From an uncultured bacterium (GTDB lineage Bacteria; Babelota; Babeliae; Babelales; Babelaceae): a DNA stretch of 64,000 nt. The notes under the pieces were generated by a model. That model did not search any database. It saw only the letters and a program-made list of their open reading frames with translations, and had not been told where the DNA came from. The DNA lies in NCBI GenBank assembly GCA_963824495.1, contig CAWGPQ010000006.1, positions 64,001 to 128,000 of the forward strand. Direction: 5' to 3'. Both the position numbers and the translations under genes were made by a program. Of this stretch, positions 10,177 through 19,730 are shown piece after piece (the first letter of the stretch is position 1; every line of letters starts with the position of its first letter).

Positions 10177-10914
10177 ATGAGCAAGCAATTCTTTTTAATA
10201 GCAGCAAAAAGCAATCTAGCACAGGTAATTGTTGTACTTATTGTCCTGATAAATTTTAGCATCAAAGCACCTAACGGGGTACCGCGTTCTGGCATACCAC
10301 CAGAAATAGCAGCATGGCTTGCAACTGGCTTGAGCCCCGAGCAACAGGCAGCTCTGCTTGAAGCCGAAAAGAGGCGGCTTGAGCGGGCTATGGCTCAAGC
10401 GCAGTTAACTAAAGCCGAGATTAAAGAATTAGAGAAAACTGGGGCTTTTACAACGCGCCCTACTGTTCAAGATATCGAGCAAAGATGGGCTAATTTTGTT
10501 GAAGAAATGCAACAGAACGTCAATAACTATAATCAAGCTCATACTGCGACTGTTGATCAACTCAACAACTTGTTGGAGCGCTTGATAAAAATTGACAAAG
10601 CAGAGGCTTCCCAAACTCCAGAACAACTTAAGAAGATGCGTCATGACTTACATGATGAATTTCAGCAACTTGATAACCAGGCTCGTGCGGTAAGAGATGA
10701 GCTTGAAGTACAGCTCAGGCAATTTGAAAACATGATCGTTGCTGCGGAAGACTTTTTGCAGGCCATTCCTCCTTACCCTGACTTAGGTGATACACGTCAG
10801 CGTGCTCGGCAGTTACTTAACCAGTTACATGTATTTTATCGTCCAGATACTTTTAATTCAAGAATGAACGCCATCAAAAATGTGCGAAAAACTTTAGCAC
10901 AAAAGCTTGGCTGA
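10177..10914 (+). CDS. Tandem-array exported helical protein, paralog 4
   Basis: Same conserved blocks; ATG 10177 preferred over upstream TTG 10156. Confidence 0.85.
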   Translation: MSKQFFLIAAKSNLAQVIVVLIVLINFSIKAPNGVPRSGIPPEIAAWLATGLSPEQQAALLEAEKRRLERAMAQAQLTKAEIKELEKTGAFTTRPTVQDIEQRWANFVEEMQQNVNNYNQAHTATVDQLNNLLERLIKIDKAEASQTPEQLKKMRHDLHDEFQQLDNQARAVRDELEVQLRQFENMIVAAEDFLQAIPPYPDLGDTRQRARQLLNQLHVFYRPDTFNSRMNAIKNVRKTLAQKLG

Positions 10915-10928
10915 TAGGGGTAACTCAT

Positions 10929-11614
10929 ATGAAGGTGAAGACATATGCTATATGGGTAGTTATTCTGGGTGTTTGTGCTATAAGCTTCGATAGTAAGTGC
11001 CCTAACGGTTTACCTTCCAGTATATCTCATAGTACGCCGCCAGATATAGCTGCATGGCTTGAAACTGGATTGAGACCTGAGCAAAGGGCAGCTTTACTAG
11101 AAGCTGAAGAAAGAAGGCTTTCGCGGGCTCTATTTGGAGAGATACAATTATCCGACGCAGAGATTGAAGCGTTAGAGAAAAGTGGCGCGCTTCCATCAAC
11201 CATTCAAAGAGGTGGTGAGCTAGACCTAACAAGATATGATATTCTGTTCTGGAACTTAGTGAATAGGGTAGATATTTTTCAACAAACTCTTAAAATCTTA
11301 CAGATCAAGTTGTGCTCTTGCTTAAGCAGGTTAAAGAAATTACGCCTGCAGAGGCTCAAGAATTATTAAGAGATAGTACGCGTCGCGTGACAAGGTTTTC
11401 CAACAGGCTCACTATTATTTTTAGCGAGCGCAAGGCGCTTATTGGAGATCTTGAAGAGCTTATATATGAAATGCCTCCTTATCCAGGCCTTGCTGATAGG
11501 CGAGACCAAGTTAGGCAGTTGCTCGGTACGGTTAATAACAGCTATCAGGTTATTGATGAGCTCAAGCGCGATATTGAAGGAGTCCGTGTATTTGTAAACA
11601 AACAACTTATATAG
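10929..11614 (+). pseudogene. Tandem-array paralog 5, frameshifted
   Basis: ORF 10929-11369 has the N-terminal block; ORF 11312-11614 has MPPYPGLAD. One added A in the run at 11292-11295 restores LKNLTDQVVLLLK. Confidence 0.85.
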
Positions 11615-11629
11615 AAATAGAAAGAGGAA

Positions 11630-12361
11630 ATGTCTATGTACGAATTTTTAAAAAATAGACCGGCACTGGTAATTATTTTGCTAAGTGCAGCGATAAGTTT
11701 TACAAGTAAAGCCCCCAATGGCTTAGCCTCTCTGCGGCCACCAGAGATAGCAGCCTGGCTTGCAACTGGCTTGAGCCCCGAGCAACAGGCAGCTTTGCTT
11801 GAAGCCGAAAAAAGACGGCTTGAGCAAGCTCTAGCTCAACAACAGTTAACTAAAGCCGAGATTAAAGCATTAGAGAAAACTGGGGCTTTTGCGACACGCC
11901 CTACTGCTCAAGAATTAGAAGAAAGATTAGACGAATTACGTGCTCTATTAAAAGGAGATCTCGATGATTATGGTCAAGCTCGCGATGTTACTCTTCATCA
12001 GTTTCAAAATTTACTGAATCGAATGACAGAGATTATAAAAGCAGAGACTAATAGAACTCCAGGAGAAGTTCAAAAAATTCGCCAAGCATTAAGACCCGAG
12101 TTACAAACTATATACGATCAGGTTTTAAAAATAAAAGATGATTTTGAAGAACAACAAGACCTGCTTGAAACTATAATTTTAGATGCTGAAGAATTTCTAC
12201 AAACAATCCCGCCCTACCCTGAATTAGGTGATGTGCGTGGACGTGCTCGGGAAACGCTTGATAGCATACGTCAACTTTATAATCCAGGGTTTCTCGAGAA
12301 TAAGTTAAAGCACATAAAAATTATACAGGAAATTATCAATAAGATGCTTGAAAATGCTTGA
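11630..12361 (+). CDS. Tandem-array exported helical protein, paralog 6
   Basis: Same conserved blocks. Confidence 0.85.
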   Translation: MSMYEFLKNRPALVIILLSAAISFTSKAPNGLASLRPPEIAAWLATGLSPEQQAALLEAEKRRLEQALAQQQLTKAEIKALEKTGAFATRPTAQELEERLDELRALLKGDLDDYGQARDVTLHQFQNLLNRMTEIIKAETNRTPGEVQKIRQALRPELQTIYDQVLKIKDDFEEQQDLLETIILDAEEFLQTIPPYPELGDVRGRARETLDSIRQLYNPGFLENKLKHIKIIQEIINKMLENA

Positions 12362-12427
12362 AAAAAATTATTAGAAGACCTGAAGACGAGGCCTCTCTTC
12401 CGAAAACTTTTATGAATTTATTTTTTT

Positions 12428-12519
12428 AAAATATTGCATATTTGATTTATTTCATGATAACCTGGTAAATAGTAAAGTGTATGTTGTCTTTTGCTGTATG
12501 GCAAACTGTGACTATTCTT
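12428..12519 (+). promoter_or_regulatory. Duplicated promoter/5'UTR, copy 1 (before paralog 7)
   Basis: AAAATATTGCATATT..ATTTAT...ATGATAA and GCTGTATG.CAAA.TGT.ACTATTCTT are shared with 13326-13421; TTGCAT-N16-GATAAY is sigma70-like. Confidence 0.6.
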
Positions 12520-12543
12520 AAGAAGAATAATGGGGGTATAGCG

Positions 12544-13263
12544 ATGTATAAATTTTTAAAAAATAGCCCAATACTGGTAATTATTTTGATAAGTGCAGCA
12601 ATAAGTTTTACAAGTAAAGCACCCGACGGTTTAGCTTCTCTGCGGCCACCAGAAATGGCAGCTTGGCTTGAATTTGGGCTCAGGCCTGCGCAAACAGAAG
12701 CACTGTTAGAAGCTGAAAAGAAACGGCTTGAGCGAGCTCTAGCTGAACAACAGCAGTTATCTGAGGCTGAAATTAAAGAATTAGAGAAAATGGGGGCCTT
12801 TGCGGCACGCCCGACTCTTCAAGAACTAGAAGAAAGGTCAGAGAAATTAAGCGCTCTATTAAAAGGTGCTCTAGATAATTATGAGCAAGCTCATGATGCT
12901 ACGGTTAATCAGCTCCGAGATTTGGTGAATCGAACGGGAAACATTATCAAGCTAGAGGCTCATCGAAGTCCAGAAGAAGTTCAAAAAATTCGCCAAGCAT
13001 TAAGACCCGAGTTACAAACTCTATATGATCAGGCTTTGAAGATAAAAGATGATCTTGAAAAACAACAAGAGCTACTTAAAACTATACTTGCAGATGCTGA
13101 AGAATTTTTACAGGCAATCCCACCTTACCCTGAATTAGGTGATATTCGTGGTGAAGCTCGAGAAATGCTCGATGGCATGCATAAATTTTATGATCAAGCA
13201 TCTCTCGATAAGGCGAAGTTTATACAAATTATAGAGAAAATTATCAATAAGGTATCGGGCTAA
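12544..13263 (+). CDS. Tandem-array exported helical protein, paralog 7
   Basis: Same blocks; ATG 12544 after GGGGG RBS matches the paralog-6 N-terminus. Confidence 0.85.
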   Translation: MYKFLKNSPILVIILISAAISFTSKAPDGLASLRPPEMAAWLEFGLRPAQTEALLEAEKKRLERALAEQQQLSEAEIKELEKMGAFAARPTLQELEERSEKLSALLKGALDNYEQAHDATVNQLRDLVNRTGNIIKLEAHRSPEEVQKIRQALRPELQTLYDQALKIKDDLEKQQELLKTILADAEEFLQAIPPYPELGDIRGEAREMLDGMHKFYDQASLDKAKFIQIIEKIINKVSG

Positions 13264-13325
13264 GATTATTAGAAAATTCAGGTGTAACTCAGCGCAAAGT
13301 TCTATTTTTAAGAAATAAAATTTAT

Positions 13326-13421
13326 AAAATATTGCATATTGAATTTATTATATGATAATCTAGTAAGTAGTGGGTGGATAGGTCGCATTTTTCGGCTGTA
13401 TGTCAAAATGTAACTATTCTT
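13326..13421 (+). promoter_or_regulatory. Duplicated promoter/5'UTR, copy 2 (before small peptide gene)
   Basis: Aligns with 12428-12519. Confidence 0.6.
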
Positions 13422-13453
13422 TTGTTTTAATAAAAAACTAGAGGAGAGTAATC

Positions 13454-13585
13454 ATGATTAAGAAGTTTTTAGCACTTACTTTATTAGCACTATCTATTAC
13501 CACCGGTTTATTTGGCTGGGGTTGTCGCCGATGCTGTAATGGCGGTGATTGGTGGAATGTAAGTGAAATGTCCTCGTCACGTTAA
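13454..13585 (+). CDS. Small secreted Cys/Trp-rich peptide (43 aa)
   Basis: Below ORF-track cutoff. GAGGAG RBS; MIKKFLALTLLALSITTGLFG-WGCRRCCNGGDWWNVSEMSSSR*; own promoter copy upstream and hairpin downstream. Confidence 0.65.
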   Translation: MIKKFLALTLLALSITTGLFGWGCRRCCNGGDWWNVSEMSSSR

Positions 13586-13632
13586 AATCTTGTACTACAT
13601 ATCTATATACCACATGAAGAGAATAAGTAATG

Positions 13633-13656
13633 AGGAGAGCTTTTAAGCTCTCCTTT
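13633..13656. terminator. Hairpin between convergent genes
   Basis: AGGAGAGCT-TTTA-AGCTCTCCT then TT. Confidence 0.6.
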
Positions 13657-13677
13657 CGTGTAATTTTATATGCAATG

Positions 13678-16600
13678 TTACCAACCGCCTTCATTGTCGC
13701 TTGCGTTTACTTGGCGTTGGGAAATACTTTGTGCCGGAGGTGGTGGAGGTGGAACATTAATTATAGTTGATGGTGGTGCTTGAGGAGTGCTTATATTTTG
13801 CTCATTTGTCGATATGGGCGGTGGAGCAAGGGGAGCAGAAGGTTTTGTTGCTGCAGGATGTTGGGTGGCTTGCTGTGTTTTTTGATAAGCTGCTTGGGCT
13901 GTTTCAATCGCATCAACTAACTCTTTTCTTAATGGGCCATAGACTTGTTGATACGTACTGAGCTGGTCCGTATAGCCACTTTCGATAGGTTGAGTGCTGG
14001 CTTTGCTGTATAAAAGACCACTTACGAGACTTACCATACCCGTAATAGATGGATTATAAGGCACACCGGTACCGGGAGAGCGTGCTATGGTGTTATCTGG
14101 GTTAAGGGGAGCCATAAGAACATAGTCTTTGGGTACTGCTGATGTGGTTGTTGTATAGATAAAATTGCCCTGTTGTATATCTTCTATACCTGTTGCTGAG
14201 AGGGTAAACGAATCGAATTTATAAGGGCCCAGGAGGGCTTGGGCATGGGTAGTTTGTGCAGTGTTTATTTGATGAATATTAGCAGTACTTATGGTTGGAC
14301 GCGCATTTTTATAGATATTCCATACATTACCGAGATGTAAGGGCAATTGGGTGCCCGATGCATCAAATACATCCCCAGATATAAGGCTTATGAGGCCCGT
14401 TGGTGAGGCTGAGGGACTTGCTCCAAGATCGGTAACGGTAGGTGGGGTAGTTTGATTGACATTACCAAATATAACGTAATCCTGAGGTAATTTGCCAGCC
14501 ATTTGCTGAGCGAGAGGCGTAGCACGGGTTGTATAGATATAGTTTTCTTTAAGAAGTTCATTGGTATCAAGGGCAGTGGGGGAAAATGATCCAAACTCGG
14601 GATGTTGCATCGAGCTAAAGGTTGCCTGTGCTGTTTTTTCACGGTTTACTTCTAATGCTCCTTGATAGGGCGGGTATACGTTATCAATTACCTGATAGGT
14701 TTTTTGGTCATTTGGTGTTAATATCTCGCCTTCAAGTGATGCTCCCGTAAAAATAATGCCCATAGTTTTCTGAGACGTTGGCGTAATTGATAGGGTTACT
14801 GGCGGCGGCAGGGGATCTCCCTCGCGCCATACTTGTACCGTTAGGTTGCGAGCGTTAAGCGTGGCTCGTATGTGATACCAGGTGCCTATATTAAAAGGAG
14901 GTACGGTAAAATTATTAGGTATCCAACCCTGAGTAGCTTGATACGTATCACTTTCATGTTCATATATACCTAATGAGACAGGGAGCGTAGCTGATTCTTT
15001 TTTAAACACAATCATTTTTGCTAAATGCGCACGATCAGGATCTGCTTGTCGTGTTGTCATAAGGGCAGCTTGGTTAAGGGGATTGCCACCAAGATATAAC
15101 CCAGCATAAAAAGACTGTAAAAGATAGATTGGTTTAAATCGCAGTTCAACCGATAGAGGTTGATCGATATTCTGATCGAGATCTTTAGTACTATTTTGAA
15201 GAAACCAGAACCGTGAAGCTTGCCCTCCAGGCACCGTGACACTTGCTGGACTGACAGCAATCTCTTGAGATATCTTTTGACGTGAAGGTGCGTATATGGC
15301 AAATCCTTGCGAAGGGTTAAGGTTAAGCCAGCCGGTACGGTAACCATACAGTGAGCCGATATCCCCCGGTGTCATCGTAACAGGTTGCACAGCACCGACA
15401 GGCTGTTGAGCATAGGGTTGAGGTGTCAAAAGAGCTGCCTGATACGAGCCTAAGAGAGAGCTTTTTTGAGAAAGAAGACCATTGAATGTGCTATTTAAGA
15501 AATTTTCATAAAAGCCGAGCATGCGCTCACGATTGGATAGTTCTGCCTCAAATTTTTTATTAAGCTCAGTACTTATAGCAGTTTGTTGATAGGTTGTTAT
15601 TGCTTCTTTATTCTGAGTCCAAACTCTAAAATTTTGGACATATTCATGTGTTTCTTGTTTAAGCTGCTCTACCTGTATATCTTCTTGAGCACCGCTTGTG
15701 ATCATAAGACTACCAAAACCGAGTGCTAAGACAAGCCCGGGTATAAGTTCTACCCCAGTGCCTCCCGTAGCAACCGTAAGCCCTACAATAAGCCCTGTAG
15801 TGATAACTTGAGCGATAAGGCGGCGGTGAGTCCCTATTTGAGTTTGTGCTTGAGCATAATAGGTAGCAAAGTTTAAACCCGAGCCACCGAGTTTATAAGC
15901 AACATAATCTATTGACGCTTCTACACCGGCACCGATATCGATAACAAGATCGGTAAGTAACTTAATTAAATAGCCACAGGTTTGAATAAGGCTTGTAATA
16001 GCTTCAGCTGCTTTGGCACCAATAAACGTAATTTCTGATAACACCGAGCTTAGAATACTGAGCCCAAGTTGTCGAAAGCCAGGCCCCAATGTTTGGGGAC
16101 CGCTTAATCCTAATACAACGTTACTTATGAGCGATATTGCTTGAATGCTCAGCCTACATTCATTTTGAAAGACTAATCCACCAATCTCAAAAGGGGCAGC
16201 TATAACATCGGCTACCGTGTCAATTAATGAGCTCCACAGCATGTTGACGTCAGTGCTGAGTTTGGGATCATGCAAAATATTCGTGCCAATAGCCTGCATA
16301 ACGAGGTAAAGACCTCCATAGCCATAAGGCGTGAGAATTACTGCGTTCGTAATAATAGTTTTAATAGCAGCTTGAAAGCTTGAAAAATCAGCACGTGCTG
16401 CGTCTTGATATGCTTGAGCTAACTGTTGAGCAGTCTGGGGTGGTAGGCTTTGAATGCGTTGTGCAAGACCAGAAGAGTAATAGAGCGTAAGTGTTTCATC
16501 TTTGGTTATTTCTGCTACATCTTGAGCACTTGCATAGAGAGCTTCCCCTGTTTGCTGGATTTTTCGCCAAACGTCAGACCCTGTTGCTTTTACCCAATTT

Positions 16601-17913
16601 AAAGTAGCTTGTTGTACTACAGCAGTGGCAGGAGCAGTAGTAAGAGCAGTGGACTGTGCTGCTGGTAATACCGTTTGTTGAACCGTTTGTACTTGACCCG
16701 TGCTTGCTTGAGGTAGTTGACGTAGTGTTGTAGCACTATCACGTATATCGAGAAGATAATTGTAATCGTTAGGTGTATAAGGTAAAAAAGAGGGTGATGG
16801 TTGTTGCTTGGCCACACGTAAGATGCGCATGGTGGCATCAAGTGCATTGCCTTGAAAAAGATCAGCCGTGAGCGCTTGAAGCGTAAGGAGCATACTTAAG
16901 CAGGTTACTTGCTCTGCTGTAGGTGATGGTACAGGGATATTTTTAAAAGTTATAGTTTTGTTATCGGCATCAAGCTGAAAGGGGCTTGTGGCACCTCGAG
17001 AGGTGATGTCGCTCAATGTTGCGGCGGTGGTATAAAAAGGGGTAGCAGTAAAAGCAGCAATAGCCTTAAGAAGTTGGTTTGCGTTGCTTATGCCCCGCCA
17101 ATCGGTGCATTGGGCAAGCATACGATTGCGTGTGTGCTCACTTACAATTAACGAAGCTTGAGTAATTTGCGAGGATAATCGTAATTGCGTAAAATCTGGA
17201 TTAAAGTAGGCAACTTCAATAGTGGGCAAATACTTAAAAAGAGAGCGTTCGTTCTCGTAGCGTGCTACTAAGAGTCCTTGATCGAGATCAATAGTTTTTT
17301 TAATAATAAACTTTGCGTAATTCTGCCAAAAAGAAGAATTTACTATATCAGACGTAGTTACCGTAAGAGCTGTCCAAAACGAAGTATCGATAAGAGTGTC
17401 CCAGGATTTGTGTTCTTGAGTGTAGGAAAGTCTTAGTGCGCTATCAAGAAGGTCCCAGCTTGATGCACTTGGAAGAGGGAGTTGAGCCTGAGCTTGTGAT
17501 GCTACAAGTTTGCCCCAGTCATATGTTACTACACCGTTAGTAATCGTGGCGAGTAATGCCGGGAATGCTTTTCCTGACTGTTGAGCAAGCGTGATGAGTT
17601 GTGCTGCGCGCTCACGCTTAACGACATATTCTAAATAAAAATAAAAGTAATTGATATACGTTAGAAGCTGTGGCTGAACGTTAAGTCCCGAGGGGCCAAA
17701 GAGTGACGTTATCGCTTCAGTATGTATGGATGTAATTGATTGTCCTGGTGCTGGAGTTAACAGTTTTTGTGCTACGTGACTGATAGCAGCAGCCTGTTGT
17801 TTGTTTTGTTGCTCAGCAAGAGCAATTTCTGTTGTAAGTTGTTCCTGCGTATATGCATAATCTGCTAGGGCTGCGAGAGTAAAAAGAACTATAATTTTTA
17901 TATATGGTATCAT
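13678..17913 (-). CDS. Large exported protein (1411 aa): hydrophobic helical region, coiled coil, ConA/LamG-like beta domain, two ~126-aa C-terminal repeats, Pro-rich tail
   Basis: Signal peptide; LIVGLTVATGGTGVELIPGLVLALGFGSL hydrophobic hairpin; GTWYHIRATLNARNLTVQVW beta motif; repeats F.SF....IYTT..P.DYV...G..SL.SG. Confidence 0.85.
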   Translation of the reverse strand: MIPYIKIIVLFTLAALADYAYTQEQLTTEIALAEQQNKQQAAAISHVAQKLLTPAPGQSITSIHTEAITSLFGPSGLNVQPQLLTYINYFYFYLEYVVKRERAAQLITLAQQSGKAFPALLATITNGVVTYDWGKLVASQAQAQLPLPSASSWDLLDSALRLSYTQEHKSWDTLIDTSFWTALTVTTSDIVNSSFWQNYAKFIIKKTIDLDQGLLVARYENERSLFKYLPTIEVAYFNPDFTQLRLSSQITQASLIVSEHTRNRMLAQCTDWRGISNANQLLKAIAAFTATPFYTTAATLSDITSRGATSPFQLDADNKTITFKNIPVPSPTAEQVTCLSMLLTLQALTADLFQGNALDATMRILRVAKQQPSPSFLPYTPNDYNYLLDIRDSATTLRQLPQASTGQVQTVQQTVLPAAQSTALTTAPATAVVQQATLNWVKATGSDVWRKIQQTGEALYASAQDVAEITKDETLTLYYSSGLAQRIQSLPPQTAQQLAQAYQDAARADFSSFQAAIKTIITNAVILTPYGYGGLYLVMQAIGTNILHDPKLSTDVNMLWSSLIDTVADVIAAPFEIGGLVFQNECRLSIQAISLISNVVLGLSGPQTLGPGFRQLGLSILSSVLSEITFIGAKAAEAITSLIQTCGYLIKLLTDLVIDIGAGVEASIDYVAYKLGGSGLNFATYYAQAQTQIGTHRRLIAQVITTGLIVGLTVATGGTGVELIPGLVLALGFGSLMITSGAQEDIQVEQLKQETHEYVQNFRVWTQNKEAITTYQQTAISTELNKKFEAELSNRERMLGFYENFLNSTFNGLLSQKSSLLGSYQAALLTPQPYAQQPVGAVQPVTMTPGDIGSLYGYRTGWLNLNPSQGFAIYAPSRQKISQEIAVSPASVTVPGGQASRFWFLQNSTKDLDQNIDQPLSVELRFKPIYLLQSFYAGLYLGGNPLNQAALMTTRQADPDRAHLAKMIVFKKESATLPVSLGIYEHESDTYQATQGWIPNNFTVPPFNIGTWYHIRATLNARNLTVQVWREGDPLPPPVTLSITPTSQKTMGIIFTGASLEGEILTPNDQKTYQVIDNVYPPYQGALEVNREKTAQATFSSMQHPEFGSFSPTALDTNELLKENYIYTTRATPLAQQMAGKLPQDYVIFGNVNQTTPPTVTDLGASPSASPTGLISLISGDVFDASGTQLPLHLGNVWNIYKNARPTISTANIHQINTAQTTHAQALLGPYKFDSFTLSATGIEDIQQGNFIYTTTTSAVPKDYVLMAPLNPDNTIARSPGTGVPYNPSITGMVSLVSGLLYSKASTQPIESGYTDQLSTYQQVYGPLRKELVDAIETAQAAYQKTQQATQHPAATKPSAPLAPPPISTNEQNISTPQAPPSTIINVPPPPPPAQSISQRQVNASDNEGGW

Positions 17914-17921
17914 GGCTGTGC

Positions 17922-19730
17922 TCAGGGACTAGCTAATGATTTTTGGAAATTTTCACGTTGCTGCTCTGTATAGGTTAATGCTGCCGGCTGGATAATCTTA
18001 AACGACGCTTGGCAACCAGGTGCCATAAATCCTATGCCATGATACCAAAAGAGCATCTGGCTTTGATGAGGGTCCATAGTAGTCACTTGTGTGGTATAGA
18101 GCTGTTGCAGCTCATTGTCTATACGCTGAGCAAAAATAATTCCTATGGTCAGCAGATCATTAGTAATGGTAATGACAAATGACAAGGGATCTTTTCCAAG
18201 AGCCTGTAGTGTTTTTGGGTTAAGCATATAAAGTGCTTGCGTGGTGGGGTTTATAATAGTTGCTAATGCTGGTGTTACGGTCACGGTACCCTGTGCAGTT
18301 GTTATAGAACTCTGGCCAAATTTCAGCTCAACGCTTCTGTTGTTTTCAGTTCCAGAACCATACAAGCCTAAGAGTCGGTATTGGTACATGCGCTCAGAGC
18401 TTCCTGAAAGCCAACGTGCTTTATTGAAGAGTATTCCAGCAAAAAAAGATGGATTGGCGCTAATCAATGTAAGCTCTATTTCTATAGTATACGGATGAGT
18501 GCCTGTAATAAATTCAGTAAATATCGAATTTTGCATACCACGATAAAGAGCATCGGCAGTTGTGGCAGCTTCCCAGGGGATACGTTTACGTTGCACAAAG
18601 CTACCTGTTGCCGCATCATATTCCCAATCGCCTGGACCTTGATAAAGATTATACCACGTAAAAGGTGACGCTGGTGTCAGCATAGACGATGCTTTGAAGA
18701 CTTGATCATATATAACAGGATTGCTTACATAGGTGCTTTGAGGCAGATCAAGATTAATAGAACGAGAAAGATACGTAATTTCTTGATTAAGTTGTGTAGT
18801 TGCTGCGGTTATCTGTGAACTGAGATACTGAAGCTTTTGTAAATAGGCCGTGCTTTGCGTAGTAATAAGCACTTTGCTGCTTTGGGCAAGTTGAGTTTGG
18901 AATGTGCTAAAGCTTTGTTGGAGTGATATCAGATCTTGCTTAATTTGATTATACTCTTTTTTGTCTTCTGCACTAAAAAGTGACTCTGCAAAGCTTTCGC
19001 CGGTAAATACTGACATTTGAAGTGCTAGGTCTACCAGTGTTTCTAAGAATTGGATACGAGGGCGCTGAGTTGCCAGCTGAGCGTAACTCAGCACATGTTG
19101 TTGCTCTACTGGGTCACGCCATGTTGCCATAAGTTCAGGTAATGGTGTGATAGTTTGGGCGATAAAAAATGTACGTGCTTGTGCGTAATCAGTAAGTATA
19201 TCTGATTGCTCAATCTCATAATACTCGAGGAGAAGATGTGCTAAAGCAGATACTCTGTGAGCACGTGAAGCTGGAAGCTGAATCTTTTGTAAAAAGCTCA
19301 AGTGTCGTTGAGCAGTACGAGCACAAAATTGTCTTAGATATTTTCTATAATGGTCAAGTAGTTCTTTCTTATAAACGTGCTCTAAACTTTGGAGGGTGTG
19401 CTGCTCCGTTTTGCGCTCCAACTCATGTGTCATAGCAGCGTGCTTTTGATTAATCGCACGGTAAACAGCTTGAGCAGCTCGACACTGTTCTTGGTCAGAG
19501 CTTGTCAAAAGAAGATATATAAGCTCTTGTATTGTTGTAAGGCTAGTTGCTGATACATGAAGGCCTGATTGCTCAAAGATTTTTATTGTTTGGGCTTGAG
19601 CTTGAAGTTCAAGTTTTTTATCATATTTTTTATCATATTTTTTATCATGAGCTGGCGCCCCCCGAAGATCAATAATAATGGTTATTATAACCATAACACA
19701 AGGGGATATATACGTTATAGCGTAGTTCAT
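17922..19730 (-). CDS. Exported protein (602 aa): helical N-terminal half, coiled coil, C-terminal beta-sandwich
   Basis: Hydrophobic N-terminus; Gln-rich heptads; YTIEIELTL..FFAGILFN..GIGFMAPG; ATGA overlap with upstream gene. Confidence 0.82.
   Translation of the reverse strand: MNYAITYISPCVMVIITIIIDLRGAPAHDKKYDKKYDKKLELQAQAQTIKIFEQSGLHVSATSLTTIQELIYLLLTSSDQEQCRAAQAVYRAINQKHAAMTHELERKTEQHTLQSLEHVYKKELLDHYRKYLRQFCARTAQRHLSFLQKIQLPASRAHRVSALAHLLLEYYEIEQSDILTDYAQARTFFIAQTITPLPELMATWRDPVEQQHVLSYAQLATQRPRIQFLETLVDLALQMSVFTGESFAESLFSAEDKKEYNQIKQDLISLQQSFSTFQTQLAQSSKVLITTQSTAYLQKLQYLSSQITAATTQLNQEITYLSRSINLDLPQSTYVSNPVIYDQVFKASSMLTPASPFTWYNLYQGPGDWEYDAATGSFVQRKRIPWEAATTADALYRGMQNSIFTEFITGTHPYTIEIELTLISANPSFFAGILFNKARWLSGSSERMYQYRLLGLYGSGTENNRSVELKFGQSSITTAQGTVTVTPALATIINPTTQALYMLNPKTLQALGKDPLSFVITITNDLLTIGIIFAQRIDNELQQLYTTQVTTMDPHQSQMLFWYHGIGFMAPGCQASFKIIQPAALTYTEQQRENFQKSLASP
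19614..19648. repeat. 12-bp tandem repeat (about 3 copies) encoding DKKY
   Basis: TTTTTTATCATA x2 plus TTTTTTATCAT. Confidence 0.85.

Noticed and set aside
7955..13263. CRISPR array or diversity-generating retroelement as the source of the repeats
   Set aside because: The repeats are coding blocks of full genes; no cas or reverse transcriptase gene; differences are not adenine-specific by inspection.
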